64,000 nt of DNA. It comes from a virus. The stretch is taken from IMG/VR virus record IMGVR_UViG_3300042893_000684, positions 32,001 through 96,000 of that record; one strand, written 5' to 3'. The position numbers and the translations under genes are program-made. A model generated the notes under the pieces. It saw only the letters and a program-made list of their open reading frames with translations, was not told the DNA's origin and did no database searches. Each line of letters begins with the position of its first letter. The stretch's first letter is position 1. Positions 57,014 to 64,000 of this stretch are shown one piece after another.

Positions 57014-57571
57014 ATGACCTGTATTGTTGCTATCGCCCAAAACGGAACCGTATATATGGGTTCCGATCACGCCGCATCAGATGATAAAACTGGCTGGATC
57101 CTGTCAAGAAAAGAGCCTAAAGTTTTTAAAGTTGGGCAGTATGGCATTGCATTTACTGATTCTTTTAGAATGGGTCAGATTCTTCAATACTCGTGGACTC
57201 CACCAAAATATACTCCAACAAAAACTAATTCTGGATTAGATAAGTTTATGAGAACTAAATTTATTGATTCTGTTAAAGTTGCATTTAAAGATGGTGGATA
57301 CGGAAGTATTGGCTCATCATCAGAAGAAGACTCAGGCGGTATTTTTATAGTTGGAGTTTGCGGAAGGCTCTTTACCATAGATGAAGACTTTCATGTTGGA
57401 GAGAATGTTGTAAATTATATGGCGGAAGGCAGTGGTGGAATGATAGCGCTTGGAGCCTTGCATGCAACAAAGAAGCAAAGAAACCCTAGACTTAGACTAA
57501 AGGCTGCATTAGAAGCAGCAACTGAGTTTAATATGAGCGTAGCTGCCCCCTATACATACATCCAAGTTTAA
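57014..57571 (+). CDS. HslV/proteasome-beta-like Ntn protease
   Basis: M-T-C-I-V-A (N-terminal Thr nucleophile), GSD, KVF, AEGSGG..ALGAL. Confidence 0.8.
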   Translation: MTCIVAIAQNGTVYMGSDHAASDDKTGWILSRKEPKVFKVGQYGIAFTDSFRMGQILQYSWTPPKYTPTKTNSGLDKFMRTKFIDSVKVAFKDGGYGSIGSSSEEDSGGIFIVGVCGRLFTIDEDFHVGENVVNYMAEGSGGMIALGALHATKKQRNPRLRLKAALEAATEFNMSVAAPYTYIQV

Positions 57572-57585
57572 GGTATAATAGTAAT

Positions 57586-57945
57586 ATGAAATGGATCATA
57601 TTAATTTTGTCCCTGTTACTCTCATACTTTGTGTATGCAAGGATTAAAGATAAGATTCAACTGTTTCTGCAAACCTATGAAATATTTTTAGTAGACAAAG
57701 AAGATGTTGAGCGAGAAGGAAAACACACTGACGACATTTTAAATCTTCGTCCAGAAAGCTATGATAGGTCTATGGATATAAGAGGGACTCCGACTCATGT
57801 GTGTCCTTGTGGATCACAAATATGGAGCCTTAAGGTTATTTTTGAAGATTTTGAAATTGCTACATATTTCTTGGATATGGAATGTGTTAGTTGTGGTAGC
57901 GTTGCAACAGCGCCTACCCCTGTAGACAGAGAGGCAATGGAATGA
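57586..57945 (+). CDS. Membrane-anchored zinc-ribbon protein
   Basis: N-terminal TM; CPCG...CVSCG. Confidence 0.65.
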   Translation: MKWIILILSLLLSYFVYARIKDKIQLFLQTYEIFLVDKEDVEREGKHTDDILNLRPESYDRSMDIRGTPTHVCPCGSQIWSLKVIFEDFEIATYFLDMECVSCGSVATAPTPVDREAME

Positions 57946-58121
57946 GAAAGTCAGAAAGATTAAGATTACTTGAAATGCATATGGTAAGACTTGAAATGAT
58001 GGTTGAGTTGTATTCACAAAGCTTAACTAATCTATTAGAATCTCAAGGGATGAAGCCACCAACAGATCTTGACGCTGGTAAATGGTATAAGGCTAAATTA
58101 GATAATTTAGACAAAGAATAA
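57942..58121 (+). CDS. 59-aa hypothetical protein (not in ORF track)
   Basis: MRKSERLRLLEMHM...; ATGA overlap with the upstream gene. Confidence 0.6.
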   Translation: MRKSERLRLLEMHMVRLEMMVELYSQSLTNLLESQGMKPPTDLDAGKWYKAKLDNLDKE

Positions 58122-58123
58122 CC

Positions 58124-58153
58124 TATTGACAATCTGTCAATATTTAGTAGAAT
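58124..58153 (+). promoter_or_regulatory. Promoter TTGACA-16-TAGAAT with a perfect palindrome over the -35
   Basis: TATTGACA-ATC-TGTCAATA; ATG 7 nt after the -10. Confidence 0.6.
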
Positions 58154-58160
58154 AGGTACT

Positions 58161-59120
58161 ATGAATAAAAAAATAACTATGGCTCTAGTGGCCTTAATGC
58201 TTACTGCACCAATCACGGCAACTGCTGCTCCTAAGAGTAATCTTAAGAACACATCTTTGCCAGCACCTACAATAGCAATCCTGGATTCAGGTATTGACAT
58301 GTCACAACAAAAGATTAAAGACCGTGTAGTGTATGAGGTATGCTTAATTGAAATTATTGAAGGCTCTACATCACGTTGCCCTAATGGACAAACATCTATG
58401 GAAGGTCCTGGGTCAGCGACATTGCCTGTATCAAGACTTCTGCTTGGCGGATTTGATCATGGCACACTTATGGCAGATCAAGCTATTCAGACAAACCCTA
58501 ACGTAAAAATTGTATTTATTAGAATTGTTGGTCAACGTGAAAACGGTGCAAGAGAATATACTAATGAAGCAACTGTTTATAATGCCCTACAGTGGGTTAT
58601 TAACAATCAGTCTAAGTTTAATATTCAATCAGTTGCAATGGCACAAGGCTCACACAATGTAGGTGCTGTTGGAACAGATTACTGTCCAAAAACACCAACT
58701 ACCGTTGATAAAGTAAAGTCTTTAAACTCACTAGGTGTCGGCGTATTTTTTCCAGCAGGAAATAATAGCGACTATCAAAGAGTAAACTGGCCTGGATGTA
58801 TCCCTGAAGCAATTACAATGGGTGCAACACTGCCATCAGGATCTATTGGATTTTATTCAAACTATGACCCACTTTTGTTAGACTTCTATGCTCGTGGAAC
58901 AACAGTTTTATACGGGCTAAATGCAAAGAAAACTAATTTTGCAGGAACTTCAGCATCTGTTCTAGTCGGAGCAACTTCGTGGGCAACTGTTAAGTCTGTT
59001 AAGTCTAACTTAAGCTATTCAGAAATGTATAGTTTAATTTCAAGGACTTCTTCTATTACAAAAAGCTCAAAGATTAGCAAGGGAAATCTTATTAATCTAC
59101 AGGCGGCCTTGAATGGCTGA
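58161..59120 (+). CDS. Secreted subtilisin-like (S8) serine protease
   Basis: Signal peptide; IAILDSG (Asp), HGT (His), AGN oxyanion, GTSAS (Ser). Confidence 0.88.
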   Translation: MNKKITMALVALMLTAPITATAAPKSNLKNTSLPAPTIAILDSGIDMSQQKIKDRVVYEVCLIEIIEGSTSRCPNGQTSMEGPGSATLPVSRLLLGGFDHGTLMADQAIQTNPNVKIVFIRIVGQRENGAREYTNEATVYNALQWVINNQSKFNIQSVAMAQGSHNVGAVGTDYCPKTPTTVDKVKSLNSLGVGVFFPAGNNSDYQRVNWPGCIPEAITMGATLPSGSIGFYSNYDPLLLDFYARGTTVLYGLNAKKTNFAGTSASVLVGATSWATVKSVKSNLSYSEMYSLISRTSSITKSSKISKGNLINLQAALNG

Positions 59121-59325
59121 GGAGCAAGTAACAGTATTAGAAGGCATTGTTGCTGATTTAGCAAATGAACTGTATCAGAAATGGTATAACGCTGCTACAG
59201 AAGAGCAAAAGACAGAAGAAACTTCTAAGGCTTTAAGAGAAAATGCTACGCAAACTACATATTGGGTTGTTCAGGAATTTATGAATAGATTCAATGCCGC
59301 AGCAGAAGCCCTGAAAGATAAGTAA
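59113..59325 (+). CDS. Hypothetical protein
   Basis: 70-aa helical ORF. Confidence 0.6.
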   Translation: MAEEQVTVLEGIVADLANELYQKWYNAATEEQKTEETSKALRENATQTTYWVVQEFMNRFNAAAEALKDK

Positions 59326-59326
59326 A

Positions 59327-59629
59327 TTGATCATAACTGATAATTCATTTAATGACATAGTCTCAACAAATGATTTAGTATTGGTTGATTTCTGGGCTGA
59401 ATGGTGTGGACCATGCAAAAAGCTTTCCCCGATACTTGATGAGATATCAAGTGATACGGGCCTACTGGTTGGTAAGTTAAATGTTGATGAAAATCCATTA
59501 AAAATGGAAGAATACTCTGTACATTCAATACCAACTATGGTATTATTTAAGTCTGGTCAACCAGTTAAAACGATTGTTGGGGCAAAGCCTAAACATCTTT
59601 TATTAAAGGAGTTGTCCGAATGGATCTAG
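59327..59629 (+). CDS. trxA: Thioredoxin
   Basis: DFWAEWCGPCK, SIPT. Confidence 0.93.
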   Translation: MIITDNSFNDIVSTNDLVLVDFWAEWCGPCKKLSPILDEISSDTGLLVGKLNVDENPLKMEEYSVHSIPTMVLFKSGQPVKTIVGAKPKHLLLKELSEWI

Positions 59630-59820
59630 AATTTGATTCTACAGATGCTAATCATTTAGAGTTTGAAATATGGCTTAAGAATGGTTATGATCGTGGATGG
59701 GTATCAGATGTATTTTGTGATACACATGATGGTCCACCAATGTCAGATGAAGAAATGCAAGAATGGGAAGAAGGCGGAGATCCCTGCTCGTTTCATGTAA
59801 AGATACATGAATTACACTAA
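59620..59820 (+). CDS. Hypothetical acidic protein
   Basis: AAGGAG RBS; CDTHDG...GGDPC. Confidence 0.65.
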   Translation: MDLEFDSTDANHLEFEIWLKNGYDRGWVSDVFCDTHDGPPMSDEEMQEWEEGGDPCSFHVKIHELH

Positions 59821-59868
59821 GTTTCTGTGCTCACATAAGAGGCAGAAGAAATAAGGAGAATAAATTAA

Positions 59869-60927
59869 ATGAAGTCATTTAAGAAAATCGCTCTAGCAAT
59901 GGTTGCAGCCATTGCCATGGGTACACTAGCAACACCTGCAAGTGCTGCGCCAATGGTTGTAACTTCTGTAAAGAAGAATACAGGTACGGTAGCAAGTCCG
60001 ACATGGACAGCACAAACTGCTGGAACATCAGCAGCAACTCCAATTACAATTTCAGTTCCAACAGATAACTCTGTTGATTCACTAGATGTAGTTGAGTTTG
60101 TAGTAACAGTTGATACAGGAACAGCAGTAACTGTTTCAGCAACTAACGCAGTAGTTGTGTCAGCATTTGCTACATCTACAGCACCAGTAACAGCATCTTC
60201 AGGTTCAGCAACATGGACACAGAATGTTGGTACAGGTACAACCGCAACGTTTTATGTATATACTAAAACGACAGCAGTAAGCTCAGTAGCAGTTACTAAC
60301 TTGGGCACAACTGTAACATATTACCTACAGGGAACATCTACTCTAATCGACAAGATTGCCGTAACTGGCGTAGATTCTGCTCCTGCAGGAACATCAGTAA
60401 CAGTAACAGCAACAGCACAGGATGTATTCGGAAATAAGATTTCTGGAAAGACCCTAAATGCAATTGCTAATGGCGCAACCCTTGATACAGTAACTGTAAC
60501 AACAGGCGCAACACTAACCAATTTTGGATCAGCAGACGTTAAGTTTGTTGCCCCAGCAACTGGCCCAGTAACAATTGTATTCTATGCAGCAACAGCTGAT
60601 ATGGCAACAGCAGTAACAGGATTCAGCACACCATCTGCATCATCTGTAAAGATTATTGCAGTACGTGATTTGGCTGGAGACGTTGCAGCCTTGACAACTC
60701 AACTTGCAGCAGCAAATGCCGCTAAGGCAATTGCAGAAGCAGCATTGGCAGCCGAAAAGACTGCTCGTGCAGCAGACAAGGCAGCAGCAGATGCAGCAGC
60801 AGCAAAGGCTATCGTTGATAAGGCAGCAGCAGATATTGCTAAGGCTACCTATGTCAAGGAATACAACGCCCTTGCTACAAAGTGGAACAAGAAGTTCCCT
60901 AAGCTAAAGGTCGCACTAAAGAAGTAA
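59869..60927 (+). CDS. Secreted Thr/Ala-rich Ig-like surface protein
   Basis: Signal peptide (MKSFKKIALA...ASA); Ig-like TATAQDVFGN motif; Ala-rich coil and basic C-terminus. Confidence 0.75.
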   Translation: MKSFKKIALAMVAAIAMGTLATPASAAPMVVTSVKKNTGTVASPTWTAQTAGTSAATPITISVPTDNSVDSLDVVEFVVTVDTGTAVTVSATNAVVVSAFATSTAPVTASSGSATWTQNVGTGTTATFYVYTKTTAVSSVAVTNLGTTVTYYLQGTSTLIDKIAVTGVDSAPAGTSVTVTATAQDVFGNKISGKTLNAIANGATLDTVTVTTGATLTNFGSADVKFVAPATGPVTIVFYAATADMATAVTGFSTPSASSVKIIAVRDLAGDVAALTTQLAAANAAKAIAEAALAAEKTARAADKAAADAAAAKAIVDKAAADIAKATYVKEYNALATKWNKKFPKLKVALKK

Positions 60928-60933
60928 ATGCTT

Positions 60934-60970
60934 AAAAAGGGGGGCGGGATTAATCTTGCCCCCCTTTATT
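60934..60970 (+). terminator. Intrinsic terminator
   Basis: AAAGGGGGGCGGGAT-TA-ATCTTGCCCCCCTTT followed by ATT. Confidence 0.8.
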
Positions 60971-60985
60971 AACAGAAAGAAGTAC

Positions 60986-61753
60986 ATGAAAAAAGAAAAT
61001 AAAGGCCCGATAGTTGTTTACTGGGCTCCGCATTCAATAGCAGAAGACGACGGCCTTGTAGGAAACTGGAACATGATGTATCATGAACCTACTAATGTAT
61101 TTAAACACTGGACTCAATTTGATATAAAGTCTGAAACTAAAGAGGTCGATTCTTTTATAAAATGTCCAGCATTTAAAAATCTAAGCAAAAATATTTATTC
61201 GTGGCCTTGGCCTTTTGATTCAAGTTATTCATATAAGGCTGCATCAACTGATTTAAACCAAATAGAGATTAATCCATTATCAGAATCTTTTGTCGCATGC
61301 TACCCACCAAGAAACCAGACCATGACTGTTGGACCAAATATTGAATTCTCATATAGACTTCACATGTTTGCAGAAGAACCAGTAGAGGTTATGCTCACCA
61401 GTCCTTATCTGCAACAAGTAGAGTATATGAAGTATGGATTTTTAACAAGTGGACAGTTTGATATAGGTAAATGGTTTAGAACTTTAAATGTAGAGTTACA
61501 GCTTTACGGCAATGAAGGTGAGCTTCATTTCAAAAAAGATGAGCCAATATTTTACGTAAACTTTTTAACTGATCGTAAAATAATTCTTAAAAGATTTGAA
61601 TTAACAAAAGAGATAGACACTTATTCAAGAAAATGTATTAACGCAAAACATATGTTTGGATATAAAATGCCATTAGTTGATTCATATAAAATTTTTAGCA
61701 AAAGCAGAACTAGAGACATATTACTTAAAAAGATTAAAGAGAATTTAATTTAG
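60986..61753 (+). CDS. Hypothetical protein (KCPA motif family, possibly dUTPase-like beta fold)
   Basis: Start refined to MKKENK; distantly similar to 63065-63766. Confidence 0.65.
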   Translation: MKKENKGPIVVYWAPHSIAEDDGLVGNWNMMYHEPTNVFKHWTQFDIKSETKEVDSFIKCPAFKNLSKNIYSWPWPFDSSYSYKAASTDLNQIEINPLSESFVACYPPRNQTMTVGPNIEFSYRLHMFAEEPVEVMLTSPYLQQVEYMKYGFLTSGQFDIGKWFRTLNVELQLYGNEGELHFKKDEPIFYVNFLTDRKIILKRFELTKEIDTYSRKCINAKHMFGYKMPLVDSYKIFSKSRTRDILLKKIKENLI

Positions 61754-61893
61754 TGAGCATAGAAGAATATCAAGATGAAAGAATTAGGCGACAGATCTCT
61801 AACGAGATAAGTGGTCTAGAATTGCCTCCAGAATGGAGACCAAACGAAGTAATAAGATATATAGTAAGGATAATAGAAAAAAGTAATGGCTGA
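61753..61893 (+). CDS. 46-aa hypothetical protein
   Basis: GTG start coupled to the upstream stop. Confidence 0.5.
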   Translation: MSIEEYQDERIRRQISNEISGLELPPEWRPNEVIRYIVRIIEKSNG

Positions 61894-62032
61894 TAAAAAA
61901 GGCAAAACAAAACACCCTTTTAATAAAACAATTATTAAAGATGGCAGAATAGTTAGAATTAGAAAAGATGGGTCAATTAAGGCTGACCTAGGCCCCTATA
62001 AACAAGGCCCTGCTAAAAATGGCATTAAATAA
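61886..62032 (+). CDS. 48-aa basic hypothetical protein
   Basis: MADKKGK...IKDGRIVRIRKDG. Confidence 0.6.
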   Translation: MADKKGKTKHPFNKTIIKDGRIVRIRKDGSIKADLGPYKQGPAKNGIK

Positions 62033-62154
62033 TGTTTAGCGGATTATGTGAAATGGCGGGATGCGGTAAAAAAGCAACCAGACTTACTTCAAAGCCAGAA
62101 GGCCCTATCATAGATATATGCGATGACTGCTGGCATGAGCGATACAGGTCCTAA
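62032..62154 (+). CDS. 40-aa zinc-finger microprotein
   Basis: CEMAGC...ICDDC. Confidence 0.6.
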   Translation: MFSGLCEMAGCGKKATRLTSKPEGPIIDICDDCWHERYRS

Positions 62155-62229
62155 TCAACTAAATGCTATAATAGAGGGATGAGCGGAATACTAGTCCCGC
62201 TTAAATAAATAACCTATAGGAGAAACAAA

Positions 62230-62391
62230 ATGTCAGACGGAATTAACTTAACAGGATTTAACGAAACAAAGCCAGCAGGAAAAAACTCAATCGATGCATC
62301 TGGAGATTACTCACCAGCTACAGGATCATTCCCAGCAGCAGCAGACAAGTCATCACAAGATGGCGCAGGTCTCGGAAACAACGGTAAGTAA
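62230..62391 (+). CDS. 53-aa disordered peptide
   Basis: TGCTATAAT promoter, 5' hairpin, AGGAG RBS; MSDGINLTGFNETKPAG... Confidence 0.7.
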   Translation: MSDGINLTGFNETKPAGKNSIDASGDYSPATGSFPAAADKSSQDGAGLGNNGK

Positions 62392-62393
62392 TC

Positions 62394-62543
62394 ATGTCAG
62401 AAAAAGATATTGATCCAACACCAGTTGTTGAAACGGTAGTTGTAGAAGAAGCAAAGCCAAAGGCAGAAACACCAGCACCAGCATCAAATGCGGACGCTGT
62501 AGTAGATTACTGGGCGAACGCCTGGGCAAACCGAGGCGTCTAA
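62394..62543 (+). CDS. 49-aa acidic peptide
   Basis: MSEKDIDPTPV...DYWANAWANRGV. Confidence 0.6.
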   Translation: MSEKDIDPTPVVETVVVEEAKPKAETPAPASNADAVVDYWANAWANRGV

Positions 62544-62692
62544 TGTGTATTGAATGTGGATGCGAAGCATTCGGTAGCGAGACTGGTATTGTTCCAGTTA
62601 CTATCACTGATGTTTCAAGAGATGGTGAATCAGGTTTAACATTAAACATGACTTCAACACCTGAGCAGACAAGACAATTTATCAATGAGTGA
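62543..62692 (+). CDS. 49-aa peptide with N-terminal CxxCxC
   Basis: MCIECGC...; TAATG-coupled. Confidence 0.6.
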   Translation: MCIECGCEAFGSETGIVPVTITDVSRDGESGLTLNMTSTPEQTRQFINE

Positions 62693-62885
62693 AAACGGAA
62701 CAGGTATGGCAACACCACCAGTTTCTGAGCCATCAGGAGCGGTCACAAGTCGAGAAACACCAAGAAAGTATCCTAAACAAGGAACAAGATCTGGAATTAA
62801 GATAGACCAAAATAAGCATGGCATACGAAGAGAAACATCGCTAGACCCAAAGCCACCAAGAAAAGGCAGACCTAAAAAAGTATAA
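62685..62885 (+). CDS. 66-aa basic disordered peptide
   Basis: C-terminal PRKGRPKK (AT-hook-like). Confidence 0.65.
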   Translation: MSENGTGMATPPVSEPSGAVTSRETPRKYPKQGTRSGIKIDQNKHGIRRETSLDPKPPRKGRPKKV

Positions 62886-62893
62886 CTAAATAG

Positions 62894-62925
62894 ATATGGC
62901 CTCAGAAATGGGGCCATATTACTTT
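62894..62925 (+). terminator. Hairpin ending the peptide operon
   Basis: ATATGGCCTCA-GAAA-TGGGGCCATAT followed by TACTTT. Confidence 0.65.
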
Positions 62926-62935
62926 AAGGATAAAT

Positions 62936-63025
62936 ATGTGTAAGAATTGTGGAAACTGTTCATCAGAGCACGGCGGAAGAACGATAGATGATGCAGTAGA
63001 CGAAATATTAGATTCACCAATATAG
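62936..63025 (+). CDS. 29-aa Cys/His peptide
   Basis: AAGGA RBS; MCKNCGNCSSEH. Confidence 0.5.
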   Translation: MCKNCGNCSSEHGGRTIDDAVDEILDSPI

Positions 63026-63064
63026 TCTATTGACTATATTGCATACATTAGATAGAATAGATGC

Positions 63065-63766
63065 ATGGCTAAAAAAATATATTTTTCAATAATTGACGAC
63101 ACCGAATCTCTTTATAACCCAACTCCTGCAAGTAAGCTTATACCAGAGTGGTATAAGAATGCTAAGTCATATTTGAATAACGATAAAAAGCCAAGTATCG
63201 ATGAAGCATTTGTTACTATTAAAAAGTGTGTTCCCGTATTTGATTCGATGACAGCAGGTTATTTAATTTTATTAGGACGAGACATCTACTGCGAACAAAC
63301 AGAAACAGGACCATTCTTTCACTGGAGAACAGAAGGTGATGAAGAAAGCGGAAAAGTTCTTACTCAACATGTTGAGTTTCAAGTTCAGGGTCACCCAGAT
63401 AATACTTTAGGGCATCAGCTTAAAATTGAAAACCAGTGGATGATTAAAACAGAGCCAGGGTATTCTTGTTTGATTATACCCCCAATGCATAGAGACAATC
63501 AGATTGTAGTCCTTTCAGGAATAGTTGATACAGATAAATATTATGAAAAAATAAACTTGCCATTTAACCTAAAGAACGATAATTTTGAAGGAATGATTGA
63601 GGCTGGAACACCTATAGCCCAAGTAATTCCATTTAAGAGGGAACCTTACAAAATGGAAGTTGTCCCTATAGACAAGAAGAGAAGCGCAAATAACAAAAGA
63701 GCAGTATCTGCCAAGCTATTTGATGCCTACAGAAATATATTCTGGGCAAGGAAAGAGTACAAATGA
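63065..63766 (+). CDS. Hypothetical protein (KKC.P.FD...GY family, dUTPase-like beta fold)
   Basis: Leaderless after TTGACT-17-TAGAAT; GIVDTD and GTPIAQVIPFKRE resemble dUTPase-fold motifs. Confidence 0.7.
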   Translation: MAKKIYFSIIDDTESLYNPTPASKLIPEWYKNAKSYLNNDKKPSIDEAFVTIKKCVPVFDSMTAGYLILLGRDIYCEQTETGPFFHWRTEGDEESGKVLTQHVEFQVQGHPDNTLGHQLKIENQWMIKTEPGYSCLIIPPMHRDNQIVVLSGIVDTDKYYEKINLPFNLKNDNFEGMIEAGTPIAQVIPFKREPYKMEVVPIDKKRSANNKRAVSAKLFDAYRNIFWARKEYK

Positions 63767-64000
63767 AATCCTTTTATGTTGAAAATATATTTGATCAAGA
63801 AACGTATACGGGAATAAAAAACTATGTCTACGAACATATGGAAAAATCTAAGGACTTTAACTACGCTCCGTATTATGGTAGATATTGGAACCTGATAGAC
63901 TTCCCAGAAGATTTGCATAATAAGATTATAAACAAGGCAAGAGAAAAGACGGGTATTGAGGATTTAGACATAGCCTATACTCAATGCATTAAGTATAAAA
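63763..64000 (+). CDS. 3'-truncated protein, possibly a 2OG-Fe(II) oxygenase
   Basis: ATGA overlap; open to the window end; VENIFD N-terminus only suggestive. Confidence 0.45.
   Translation, partial: MKSFYVENIFDQETYTGIKNYVYEHMEKSKDFNYAPYYGRYWNLIDFPEDLHNKIINKAREKTGIEDLDIAYTQCIKYK

Noticed and set aside
60956-60985. TTG start for ORF 60956-61753
   Set aside because: It lies inside the terminator hairpin; ATG at 60986 is more plausible.
1-64000. Prophage or lysogeny module, or alternative genetic code
   Set aside because: No integrase, repressor cassette or host genes in the window; genes translate full length with the standard code and all three stop codons are used.

Overview
This window is a 64-kb segment of a large, AT-rich, tailed dsDNA phage with siphovirus architecture. 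Essentially all credible genes are on the + strand. The host is probably an actinobacterium: the phage carries a WhiB gene, a PAKK histone-like protein and many leaderless genes. The gene order resembles large Streptomyces and freshwater actinophages (inference, no search run). Layout: (1) 1-7.4 kb, end of a TPR/glycosyltransferase-like gene, collagen-like and FN3/LamG virion proteins; (2) 7.5-33.9 kb, portal, protease/scaffold, capsid, connectors, major tail, frameshifting tail chaperone, a 2768-aa tape measure protein (TMP), hub and tail spike; (3) 34-47 kb, replication and recombination genes (DnaB, primase, SSB, DnaE, RecA, two resolvases, Cas4-like nuclease); (4) 47-49.5 kb, terminase, separated from the portal; (5) 49.7-64 kb, accessory region with 4 tRNAs, Hsp20, thermonuclease, lysis cassette, WhiB, HslV-like and subtilisin proteases, thioredoxin and many microproteins. 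The top candidate for a new system is the TMP. Its middle appears to be a string of cargo domains separated by recurring x-x-x-Gly-Gly motifs, and one cargo has the motifs of a HipA/PI3K-like kinase, so it may be an injected effector polyprotein. Other highlights are a ROSE-like RNA thermometer before hsp20, a promoter-driven pseudoknotted ncRNA, systematic leaderless transcription and a nested scaffold start. All calls come from reading motifs by eye; no database searches or folding software were run.
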